Positions 22,338 to 35,700 of a stretch of DNA of 40,925 nucleotides are shown in pieces. This DNA comes from Chiloscyllium plagiosum (taxonomy: Eukaryota), in contig NC_057756.1 of assembly GCF_004010195.1 (NCBI RefSeq), positions 10,047,442-10,088,366 of the forward strand, read 5' to 3'. Every line of letters starts with the position of its first letter. Positions within the stretch are counted from its first letter, which is position 1. A program made the position numbers and the translations under genes. The notes under the pieces were generated by a model. The model worked only from the letters and a program-made list of their open reading frames with translations, did no database searches and was not told the origin of the DNA.

Positions 22338-25300
22338 CTAGGAAAGAGAAAGGGAGACAGGTAAATTGATATGAAATGAGTTGAGGTGATTATATTCTAC
22401 ATCACCAATAAAATGTACTGACATTAGCTGATCATTGGCTTATTGCTGCTTGAGGGAGCTTGCTGTGTACAAACTGGCTGCTGTATTTCCTGTATTGCAA
22501 CAGAATCCCAATTTGCTGTGAAATGTTTGGGAAATGCAGAGATTATGAAAACAATTATCATTTAAGTCTGTTGTTAAACTGGAGAGGGTGCAGGAAAGAC
22601 TTACAAGGATGTTACCAGAACTGGAAGGTTTGAGATCTCGGAAGAGGCTGGAAAATGCTGGGGCTTTTTTCCCCTGGGAGATTAGAGGCTGAAATGTTGA
22701 CCTTATGTATAAAATCATGACAGCTATGGATAGGGTAAATAGGCAATGTCTTGTTTTCCCCCTAAAGTAGGGGACTCAAATTGGAGGGTATAGGTTTAAA
22801 GGTGAAATGGGTAAGAATTAAAAGAATCTGAGGTGTAACTTTTTCATTTAAATTGTGGTACCGTGAATGGAGCGAGCTGCCAGTGGAGTGGTGGAGGCTG
22901 GTACAATTACAGCATTTAAAAGGCATCTGGATGGATATATGAATAGGAAGGGTTTAGAGGGACATGGGTCAAATGTTAGTAAATGGGACTAGATCATACT
23001 GGGATGTCTGGTCAGTGAGTTGGACCAATGGGCCTGTTTCCGTGCTGTATAGCTTCATGACTCTCGAAGTCATTTTGAATCATGAGGAAAGCTCACCACT
23101 GGGTCAAAATCCTGAAACTCCCTTCCAAGCAGTACTTCAGATGTAATCACACAGAGTGCAGGCCTTGTTCAAGGTCGTGACTCATCATTGCCTTCTCAAA
23201 AGTAGTTAGGGCCAGGCCACAAATGTTGGCCATGCCTTGTTGTTCACATCCCATGAAAGAATAAAAATGATGTTAGCTCCCCAAAAGTTTGTTGATACAA
23301 CTTCCCTTCAGTAATATCATTTTGATTCTGTCACTCTCTTTGTGTGCCTATCCCTCTGCCATCCCATCTATTTTTGTCACATCTGCAAACATGGCGATTG
23401 GATATTCACTTTGCTAATCCAAGTCACTGATGTATAGTGTCAATAATTGTTACTCCAGCACTGATTCCTATGACACACCACTAGTTCCAGATTTAACCTT
23501 CCTGGAAATGCTCTCTGTATCCCAAATTTTCTGTCTTCTATATTCCAATCCTTAAAACCTGATGAGGAAATATATAACTCTTCTTTTACTGTCATCACAC
23601 CTGTTTTTATGTTGTATAGTGCACTTGATTTTAGAAATGAAAACCCTTCAATTACCTTCCGTTTTAGTTTTCTGTTTTCATAAATGCGATTATAGCTTTT
23701 CTGTGGTATCCTCAATCGATCAAAGTTGTTCCCAATCACAATATTGTAAATACCTGAAAAGAGACGATAGTTGAAAAAACGAATGTTAAATGTAAAACAG
23801 AATGGTGACAAAGGTTTATCAGCAGACAGCAAAATAATCTTACCTTTCTGTGATACAATGGTTTGTAGTTCCTGAAATTGCTTCATCAAATCCATATTAA
23901 TGCCCTCCATAGTGAAAATATTAAAAATGAATGCAACAGCATGAATTACATTTTCTGGAATGACTGGATTTTGTGCACCATCTGAATGAGGATTGAAATC
24001 CTGCAACTAAGGTGAAGAAAAATAAACCTGTTATACTGAAAGCTACCATAAATATTCATAAGTATTCTGTATTAAGGAAAATGCTGATTGAAGGGGTTCC
24101 TATCAGCCCCTCTTTTTTTTTCCCCCACAACATTCCTGATGAAGGTCTTATGCCCAAAACATCAACTCTCCTGTTCCTCAGATGCTGCCTGACCTGTGCT
24201 TTTTACAGTGCCATACATTTTGATTGACTTTCCAGCATCTGTCATCCTCACTTTCTCCCATTTGTGTCATACAAGACCCATTCATCTTATTCACCAATCT
24301 TAGTGAGATCAAGATTGCCCCCATACTGAAAGGGTTGCCTTCACTCTCCATGAAACCAGAACAGTGTATTCTTCACAATTTATTTATTTTCCCATGTTTC
24401 ATTTTCTTTGTGCATTTAAGACGATGCTTTACATTTCAGTTATATGCTCTTCGGTTACTTTGCTTAATCTGTTCTTTAATACTCTGTCCTTGTGTGTTGT
24501 TCTTGGACTATTCTGTGTTTAGTCACGCTGTCCTGTGCATAATTCTTGGATTATTCTCTAGAATTTTCTATTACTGGGTTTTAAAATTCATTCAAGGGAA
24601 ATGGGCATTACTGGCTAGGCCAGCAATTATTGCTCATCCCTACTTGCCCAGAGGGCATATGAGAGCCAACTATATTGTGGGTTTTGAGTCACATGTCAGT
24701 CAGACCAGGTAGAGACAGCAGACTTCCTTCCTTTTTAAAGGACATTAGTAAACCAAGTGATCACATGATTGCCCTTGGTTAGATTTTTATTGAATCTTCC
24801 AAGGTATTCAAACCCATATCCTCAGAACATTAGCTGGGATCCTGCGTTACTAATCCAGTGATATTACCACCCTACCACTGCCTCCCCAACTCCAAAGCTG
24901 TGTGTTAATTTTGATTTTTCCATTAATTACACATTTTCCACTGATATATTTTGACGTACAGATCTATCTTGGAATGCTTAATTCAAATGCATCACTATTC
25001 ACTTTTAACGTGGAGTCTGAAAAGGTATTTTCAATTTTCTGTGGTCTCAGAACAAATACATTTTTTACATATAGCATTGCTCTTCCATATTTTCTTCAGA
25101 TATTTTGGTATAAACCCAATTACAAATCCCTTTAACTGATTTCATTATGGTACATTGTATTGATGTAGTTTATTGTAGCAGTAGATTTATGCAAAATTTT
25201 CTTACTTTCAGACTTGGCTTAGTTTCATCTTCTGCATGAAATATTAAATCAAAGCTCCCTTCAGCAGTTCGAAACAACAATTTATTGATTTATCACTTTC

Positions 25301-28300
25301 CTGTTTTGTGGGAATTTGTTGTGTTTTCTGCATTGTTAAGCATAATATTCTAACTTGAAAACCTATCAATACAGTATAAACTCTTGGCTTTTTGATAACC
25401 TTTGTGTTTTGGGGTATTGAGCACATGCTTTGTTTTGACAGATATTCCTTTAAGTCTAAAGTAAAGCCTTTGGTATGAGTGGATTAAAAAGACCAGAAGT
25501 CACATGACACCAGGTTATCATCCAACAGGTTTATTTGAAACCATAAGCTTTCAAAGGTGTTGCTCGTTCATCAGGTGAAGAAGCAATGCTCAGAAAACTT
25601 ATGATTTCAAATAAACCTGTTGAACTACAACCTGGTATCATGTGACTTCTGACCTTATCCACTCTAGTCCAACACTGGCACCACCACAGAGTGAGATAGT
25701 ACTTGTAGACCTGCGCTTTGTTGGTCTGGACGGTGTCCAAGAATGTGGGATAGATCACAGTCACTGGTTAAAACGACTAATGTGCAGAATTCATTTGAGT
25801 GACAAAATGAGGGATCCTATGTATCGGAGAGTACTTTGGAGAATTCTGCAACAACTCTCCAACAATGCATGGTGCTACATGCCACAGGCTAACAATGTGC
25901 ATAGTTTACAAAGTGGAAAAGGCTGACAGAAGTATCACTTTAATATTTTGAGAAATACAACACTTTTTCAATTCTGGCACTATGTGCTCTGGTCTCTGAA
26001 GTTAAAGTGAGCACACAACCAACTTGCTGTGAGATGGAAGTGCTACCAGTTTAGCTTCTGCTGTCAGATACAAAGCTTTGTCGTGTAAACATTGCCCCTC
26101 ATTCCAAAGAAGAGCTTGAATTTAGTGAAATTGTCTGAAGTTTTACAAGTATGAAATTGTTTTGTAAACTCACAACAGTTCCTGGTGGCACCCTTCCTTC
26201 CAGTATCATTGTTAATAGTTCCTTTCTCTTGTCCACATCTTTCAATGAATCCCAGCCAGCAGTATCCCAAAACTGCAATGAGTTTGACTTGTAGGACTTG
26301 AGCTGTTAAATAATTTTAAAAAAGATTTACAATTATACAGTTCCTCTCACATCCTTAGCATGACCGAAAGATCTTTACTGTCAGTGAAGCAACATTCTGA
26401 AATCTGTTCACGGCTGCAATACAGAAAATATCAGAATCAATTTCTGACCAGCAGACACCCACAAACAGCAATGAGTTAAATAACAAATCATTTGTTTTCA
26501 ACATGGTCAGAGGACAAATATTGATCCTAGTCATTAGGATGACCACCTCTGCTATTCAAAATAATGGCTGTGGGATCAGTGAAGGCTTCTGTAGTGTTTG
26601 TTTTAACATCTTTTCCTAAAAATGTCACTTCATTGAGAGTGTCTGAATTAGTGTTCAAACTGCTGAAACAGAATTCAAATCTCAAACATATGGCTTAATG
26701 CACTGCTTCAATAAAAATAACTATACATATAAAAATCAAATTTAGGGATTGGATCATGTACAAGCAACATAACAGGGCCTTAAGGAGTGTAGTGGAACAA
26801 AGGGACCTTGGAGTTCAGGTGCAGGGTTGGTAGACAGGGCAGTGAAGAAGGCTTTTGGCACACTGGCCTTAATCAGAAAGAACAAAGAAAATTTACAGCC
26901 CAGGAACAGACCCTTCAGCCCTCCAAGCCTGAGCTGATCCAAATCCACTGTCTACATCTATTTCCCAATTCCTAAGCATCTGTATCCCTCTGCTCCCCAC
27001 CTACTCATGCATCTGTCCAGATGCACCTTAAATGAATCTACTATGCCTGCCTCCATTACCTCTGCTGGCAACACGTTCCAGGCACCTACAACCCTCTGTG
27101 TAAAATATTTGCCATGTATATACACTTTAAACTTTTCACCTCTCACCTTGAAAGCATGACCTCTCGGTATTGAATCCTTCACCCTGGGAAAACGCTTATC
27201 TCTATCTACCCTGTATATACCCTTCATTATTTAATAAACCTCAATCAGGTCCCCCCTCAATCTCCTTTTTTCTAATTAAAACAATCCTAACCTACTCAAC
27301 CTCTCTTCATAGCTAGCACCTTCCATACCAGGCAACATCCTCATAAACCTTCTCTGCACCCTCTCCAAAGTATCCACATCCTTTTGGTAATGTGGCGACC
27401 AGAACTGTACACAGTATTCCAAATGCGGCCGAACCAATGTCTTGTACAAATTTAACATGACCTGCCAGCTCTTATACTCAATACCCTGTCTGATGAAGGC
27501 AAGCATACCATGTGCCTTCTTGACCACTCTATGCACCTGTGCAGCCACCTTTGGGTACAATAGACTTGAACTCCCAAATCTCTCTGCTCATCAACTTTTC
27601 CCAAGGCTCTTCCATTTACAGTATAGTTTGCTCTAGAATTAGACTTCCCAAAATGCGTCACCTCACATTTGCCTGGATTGATCTCCATTTGCTACTTCTT
27701 CGCTCAACTCTCCAATTTATCTATATTCTCCCATATTCTTTGACAGTCCCTTATGCTTTCTGCTACTCCACCAATCTTTATGTCACCTGCAAACTTACTG
27801 ATTAGACTAACAATGCCCTCTTCCAGATCATTTATGTATCTTACAAACAACAGTGGCCTGTTGCTCAACCAGTTCTTTATCCACCTAGCCAGAACACCCT
27901 GCACACCATGTGACTTCACTTTCTCCATTACTCTACCATGGGAAACCTTATCAAACGCCTTACAAAAGTCCATGTATATGAAATCTACAGCCCTTCCTTC
28001 ATCTATCAACTTGGTCACTTCCTCAAAGAACTCTATTAAGTTGGTAAGGCACGATCTACCCCACACAAAACTGTTGCCTATCACTGATAAGCCCATTCTT
28101 TTCCAAATATAAATAGATTTTATTCCTCAGTAACTTCTCCAGCAACTTTCGCACTACTGATGTCAGGCTTACTGGTCTGTAGTTATCAGTCAAGACACTG
28201 AGCATAGAAGTTGGGAAGTTATGTTACAGTTGTTAAAGATATTGGTGAGGCCACATTTGGAGGATTCTGTTCAGTTTTGATCACCTTGCTATAGGAAGGA

Positions 28301-29698
28301 TGTTATTAAACTGGAAAGAATGCAGAAGAAATTTACAAGCATGTTGCGAGGACTTAAGGGTCTGAATTATAGGGAGAGGTTGGACAAACTAGAACATTTT
28401 TCTTTCGAGCGTAGGAGACTGAGAGGGGGATTTTATAGAAGTGTATACAATCATGAGAGGCATGGATAGGGTGAATGCGCTGAGACATTTTCCCAGGGTT
28501 GGGGAATCAAGGACTAGAGTTTAAGGTTCAAGGGGCAAGAATAAAAGGGAACCTGAGGGGCAACTGTTTTACACAGAAGGTGGTACACATGTGGAATGAG
28601 CTGCCAGCCTAAGTGGTTGAGGCTGGTACATTAACAACATTAAAAATAGCATTCAGACAAATACATGGAGAGGAAAGGTTTAGAAGAATATGGGCCAAGT
28701 GCAGGGAACTGGGGTTAGTGTTGATGGACATTTTGGTTGACATGGACCACTTTGGGCCGAAGGGCCTGTCTCCGTGCTGTGGACTCTCTAATAGTGCAAA
28801 AGCCGTGAGTTCAAATCACACTTTCTAAATTGAGCAAAATACCCTTGGTCATTTCAAACTTTTATATTGTTCAAAGAGAACAGATATGCCATTAAAGCTT
28901 TTCATCTTGCACTGATAAGGACCGAATCACAGGAATATGAAATTTCAAAGGGTAAAAATCACCCAATTTAATACTGAACATCAGCTTTAAAAATCTTTTA
29001 AGTGCCAGTCTCAGTAACTGATGCTATTGGATTGTGTTAAATATCTAACCGTGTCATTAATCTGCCTGAAGGGAAGGGCAGCTGTCATTCTTTCCAAGCC
29101 GGGTCTCGATGTGGAGAAAGTGAGGACTGCAGATGCTGGAGATCAGAGTGGAAAAATGTGTTGCTGGAAAAGCGCAGCAGGTCAGGCAGCATCAAAGGAG
29201 CAGGAGAATCGACGTTTCGGACATAAGCCCTTCTTCAGGAAAATGAAGAAGGTTATGCCCGAAATGTCGATTCTCTTGCTCCTTGGATGCTGCCTGACCT
29301 CCTGCACTTTTCCAGCAACACATTTTTCAGCTCTAATAAGACACAAGCACAAACATGCATTCAATGTAACAAAATGCAGGGATTTATTAAAGTTCAATTC
29401 AGTATATTTTTGACAGTTCTTAAAGCTTTGCACTCTTCAACCTAGCCACAAAAAGAAAGGAATCCAAATTATAATCCATATAATAGCTTGGTATAACTTA
29501 TTCTCAGTAATTCCTATGGAAATGTGTTTTTATTAAAATAAATGTATTTTGCTAAGTTACACAGTCATTGTGAAACAATCAGTCCTGACACCTGGGTGAA
29601 GGAAGATCATGTCCAAGGGCTATAACTTTCACATCAAAGACCCTCTCCCAAGGTCCCAATGCATTATGTCATTACAGCCCCTCAAGTGTGTTTGTGTC

Positions 29699-29736
<38 letters not shown>

Positions 29737-32700
29737 TGATAAAACTTCTATTATCATTTCATGACAGTGTTCTAAAACCAGAAAAGGAACATATTTTATT
29801 CTTAATACTGGTTCCCAAAGGAGAGGTATCAGACTCATTTTTAAATATTAACGTGCTGAATAAGCTGCTGAAATATAAAATTCAGTATCATGTTGGCGTG
29901 TTTTAAAGTTTAAACGTCATTAAATTTAATAAAAATGAACTAATTCCACACAACCATGTGAGCTATCAATCAAAGTTTTCTTTTCAAAGTATGACAAATG
30001 CAAATTTTTGTTAATTGGTATAACCTCTCTAACTGAACCCTCAAATACCAAAATATGGTGACAATGACATTTTAAATTGTGCACTTTTAATAAATGTTTG
30101 CAGGAGATAATCAGACAAAAAGATTTATGTGAGACAAACCCTTTTTGGAAATTTGGTCAATAATTTGATTTGCGGGGGCAAATTTTAGAGCTTAGGATCT
30201 AGATGGTTGAAGGCAAATTCATCAATGGTAGTGCAACAAAAGTTAAGGATACGTGAGAGATAAAATTTGGTAGAATAAAGATGATCATTGGTAGGCTGTA
30301 AAGTGACTAAGACCATGAAGGATTTGGACGCAAGTATGTTCATTTTTAATTCAATGATTTTTCAGTTTGAGAATCATTTTAGAACGACAAGTGTGATATA
30401 TTATGTATGGGTATTTTTAGTTAGTGTACTTCAGTCTCCTGGAATAAAGAAGTTGTAATCATATAATTTATCTCATAACCTTGAGGCATTCCCAACATAT
30501 ATTAGAGCTAATTAAATAATAGTAGTGGCTACAGATTTCTTGAATCAATTCCAGGTACCACTGATAACAATAATGAAATGATGCAAAAACAACTGAAGAT
30601 AAATGGGTGAATTATAAATAGGAGTAGGCCATTTAGCCTTCAAGGCAGCTGTGCCATTCAGTTAGGTCACAGTTGATCTGGTTGCTCCATATTCTCCAAA
30701 AGCCTTTTACCCTCTTCCACGAATCTTTAATTCCTCTCTGGCCACAGGGGAAGTGCCAGAGGACTGGAAGGTGGCAAATGTAGTTCTACCTTTTAAGAAG
30801 GATGCTAGAGATGAACCAGGAAATTACAGAATGGTGAGTCTCATTGTCAGTGATAGGGAAAGTAGTGGAGAAAATTCTGAAGAAGTGAATTAATACCCAC
30901 TTGGAAAGGCATGGGGTTAATTAGGGGTAGTCAGCATAGCTTTGTCAGAGGGAGGTCATGTCGAACAAATTTGTTAGAACCTTTGAAAATGTGATCATTT
31001 GTGCGGATGAGGGAAGTTCAGTTGTTGTAGTTTATGTGGATTTTAGCAAAGCTTTTAACAAGGTCACACATGGGAGACTAAATGAGAAGGTTAAAGCCGG
31101 ATGGGATGGAGAAAAACTGGCTTACGAATAGAACATAAAGGATAGTGGTAGAAGGCTGTTCGAGTGACTGGAGGCTTGTGTCCAGTGGTATACCACTTGG
31201 CTCAGTACTGGAACCTTATTGTTTATTATATACATAAATGATATAGATAAAAATGTGGGGGGCATGCTAAGCAAATTTGTAGAGGGTACTGGTTGGGTCG
31301 GCGGGAAAGGAAGAAGCAGAGGGCTTTGAGGCCTTCGTGATGGGGGATGGAGGTGTATAGGGACTGGATGTCCACGGTGAAGATAAGGCATTGGGGACCG
31401 GGGAAGCGAAAATCATGGAGGAGATGGAGGGCGTGGGAGGTGTCCCGAACATAGATGGGGAGTTCTTGGACTAAGGGGGACAGGACCGTGTCTCGATGTG
31501 ACAACATTTAAAAGACATTTAGACAAATATATTGAGAGGAAAGGTTTAGAAGAATATTGGCCAAGTGCAGGGAAATGGGTTGATTCTTAACGAGTTGTAT
31601 CTGGGTGAGAAAGGGTGGGCACTAAGTACCAGCCTTGCCTACAATGCCTACATTCTAAGGATTTAATTTCAAAAATAGGTGGGAGAGGGTACCTTGGTTG
31701 TGATAGAATCAGGATGGACTCCAGTTGGGACACAGCTTATCGTTCTTCTACTTGGATTCAGAGCTGAGAGAAATGTATTAATGGTGGCTGATTTACCAGC
31801 TCCCACCAAGCCAACCAGCAAGATGTTTATACAGTGCCCACATTTTGTGGGAGGGTTGTATGTAGACAGATGGCACCTCAGAGCTTCCAAGACACTGTCA
31901 AAGAACAAGAATTAAAGGAGTTAGATCTCAGGGTGAATTTGTTCAAATAAAGTAAACATTATTCTTCTTGTACCTGGTTTGGAAACACAGTTCCTGAACA
32001 AGACAACTTACCTATGGTTACTAGTTAAACGGCGAACAACATGATACCTTGGATGTTTCTGCTTTGAAAAATCTGAAATTAAAATTTATTACGTTAAATT
32101 CTACTTCTTAAATATCAGTGGGATGCAGAAACAACACACTTACAACCTCCCACATCAGCATTCAGTTATAATTACAAAATCCATAACATGCAAAAGAATT
32201 AAATAACTAGTGTCCAGGCTTTGAAAAAAATCAAATTGATTTTATATTAATTTTCCCTTTAGAAATGACCCTGACAATGGACTGCAATTTATGTCCAGGC
32301 ATATTTCACAGGTTCCTGTATGTGTGGTAAGGGTGACATTATCAGACATATGGCCTCCAGCAGGCAGAATTCGCACTTGGGTAGATCAGGCAACTTTCTC
32401 AGAGATGTTCGCAATGATTGACATAATTGTAGATGCACATAGAATTAGTATCCAGTGCTTTGACTAGCAAATTTGACCAAGATCGAGCTTGTTTGAGAAC
32501 AATTGGAAATTGTTATACAATTGTGTTATTCATCACAAGATTAACAAGTTGACTGTGCAAATACAAATAAATTGTTATTGTTTTGTAGCCATTATGGAGA
32601 CATGGTTGCAAAGTGACCAAAGCTAGAAATTGAATATTCAAAAGGTATTTGATCCTTTTGAAGAATAAAGAAAAAATGTCATTGTTCATGAAGAGAATGA

Positions 32701-35700
32701 TATAGAAGCGAGAAATGTTAATGACTCAGAAGATGACAATGTACAATTAATTTTGGGTGGAAATGGGAAATACCAAGGAAATCTAGTCCCTAGTGTGAGC
32801 AGTTTACTGGGCCTTAAAGCTTATTTCAAAAAATAATGGAAACCTGTAAGAAAGGAACAAGAACAAACATGGGCTACTTTAATCTCCATAAAAATCAGAC
32901 TGATCAAATGTAGTTTTGAGGACAATTTCATTGTGTATTTTCAGGACAGCTTCTCAGAATACCATGTTCTTGTACCAACTGGGGAATAGACATCTTAAAC
33001 CTGGTAAAATATGATACAAATGAATTGATTAACAATCTAGCAAAATTCCCACCATGTATAAATGATCACAACACTGTATAATTTCACTCAGTTTGACCAT
33101 GAGAAACTTCGGCCAAAACTGGTGTCTCAAACGTAAATAAAGATACAGTAATTCAAAGAATACTGAGGTCCTAAAGTGGAGTGGAAAACACCGATTATAA
33201 CGTAAGAGTAGCAGATATCTAAAGAGATATTTAATAACTTTCAAATGTTTTTCTTTTATGCAAGTATGATCTCAGGTGATGATAATACTGGACAAGTTAG
33301 ATCACAGAGCAAGACTTAGCTTGATAGATCATAGGTTTACCTTTCATTTACTTACGAGTCAGTCACTGTACATATTCACAAGAGGTTTCCAAAGTACTTT
33401 TAACAAAAGGACATCAAAGATCATTACATAAAAGAATTACACAAGAATGTGAAGCTATCCAAGAAGTATTTGAAACAAACTCTTTAAACACCTTGTAGAC
33501 ACTCAAACTCAGTGAAGGGTCATCTGTATTTCCATGCTAAAAGTTCCTTATTTGTTTGGCTGTAAGCAGTTTCCACTTTTGCAAGTGTCTGTGTATTCAT
33601 TCAATGCAATTATCTTCAAATAATGTCTCTCCCAGTGACATTTAAACAAGCTGCCACCGATGCTCAGTATTCATATCAGTCAAGGTTTGCTTAAACTCAC
33701 CTCAACAACCTGAGAGGATTTCTTCCTTTCTGACACCACAAAGGCCTTCTACTTCTGGAGTTTTTTTCTGAGTAACTCAGAACTTCTCCCTTCTGCCCTG
33801 ACTATTTGGAGACCGCTAAACTAAAAGCACTTGTACTGTTGTTGACTTTTTCTCTCTGGGTGAACCTGTGCCAACGTCCCTCTCTCTTTCTGCACGGGTT
33901 ATAACACTCAAATGAACAAATACTTTAACAATTGTCTCTACAGTGGTGATTTGGTCATCATTTAACAGAAATTATGAGGTTGCATGTCATACAGGATCTT
34001 AAAATTGGACAAACATTGAGCTGGTAATATGAACATGATGGTTAACTTTATCAAGCAGCACAATAATAGGAGTTTTCAGCACTGGGATCCCAGCCCTCTG
34101 AATCCTTCGAACATCCAAGCAACATCTGTTGTTCCTGTCACTTAGTCCATCCAGATTTCCACCTTACCTTCCAGGCTGACCTCAGAATCAGTTGAGTCTT
34201 CGCCCCAACTCGAATCTGTCAGAGATTCAGGGAAGAAGCAGATATGAATTAGGAAGCTGTTGCTGAGACGTGTGCAAGAGTTGGTAGTTGTGGAGAATAG
34301 GGCAGTTTTTCTGCCTCAACAATGACAGTGTATTGGGAATTTTATTGTGTATTTTAAAAGGTGGCCTCAACTCTTAGTAAACATTTGCTTTATTGTATTT
34401 TTCCTGATTTGACTCAAGTCCCAATATACCATGTCGGCTGTTGGAATTTAAATTCAATTAATAATATCTGGAATGAAAAACTCATCTCAGTATTGGTGAC
34501 TGGGACAACTGATGCCATTTTAAAAATCTGACTTACTCATATCCTTTAGGAAGAAATATGTCATCCTTACCAGTTCTAACCTAACGGCAACTCCAGGTTG
34601 CCCACGGTATTGTGGATGATTCTTAACTACCTTCTGGAAACATCCAGCAAGGCACTGGATTGAGGAGCAGATAGCAATTAGAAATCACTGAACATGAGCA
34701 TCCAAGTTGAGAGGGTAATAGGAAAGGCAAATGGAAAGGGAGTGGAGTTTAAAAATGGGAATATCTTTCTAAAAATACACAAGGAACTAATCAGACCGTA
34801 GCTGGAATACTGAGAACAATTTCACCCATTACTGAAGGGAAGATATACTGGCATTGGAAGCACTGCAGACAAGGTTCACGAGGCTGACATCGGGAATAAA
34901 GGATCTGGTTTATGAGGAGATGTTGTACTCATTTGTGTTTAAAACAATGAGAAGAGGCCTTATTGAAACATAAAAGATTCTTCGAGAACTTGACAAAGTA
35001 GATGTGGATAGGTTGGTTTCCCCTTGTGGAAGAGTCTAGGACGAGAGGCCAAAATATCAGAATCAGGAGCGGCACAGGCTGACATCCCAAGAAAACCAAA
35101 ATCAATTTGAGAGCTTAAAGTTTTCAGTATTCTCCTTTTTCTACTGAATGGTAGTTGACCAGGTGCACAGTTCTGTGTTGATTTACAAATATTGATCTTC
35201 AGCTGTCACATTAAATCTACCCCATTAATGTGGGGAAACATTTACCCTGATAATAACCCACACCCTGGGTAGAGGCAGATCGTGAACTAGAACAATTGTT
35301 AACCTATCGTTTCCTGTTGCCATCTTGACTGTGTACCACTTCGGTACAGCTGAAGCCAGAATGGGTACCACCCACCTCTCCAAAGAAGCTGCAAAGATTG
35401 ACAAAGAGAAACAACCAGATATGGGCGGCTGCTCATTGGGTCGGTGTTATAAAGCAGAGGTTACTCCCTCTTTTAAAAAAAACTGTAACACCCAAGGAGG
35501 AGTACCTCTCCCTATAATCTGTAAAAAGAGTTTGAAAAGTGGTGTAACCTGCTTTTCAGCAATTTCGAGCAGTTAAACAAAATAAATTCCTGACACTGAC
35601 TTTAAAATCAACAAATACAATTCATTTATCTAACTCTACCAATGAACAACTTAACTAAACTATTAACAAATCAAATAAATTTGTTCTAACTACTAACTAT

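Noticed and set aside
23440..24006. Single-exon 188-aa protein
   Set aside because: It is two exons plus read-through intron sequence of the IFI44-like gene
33701..34160. Additional coding exon ending at donor 33701
   Set aside because: Stops in all frames within about 110 nt and no phase-compatible strong acceptor
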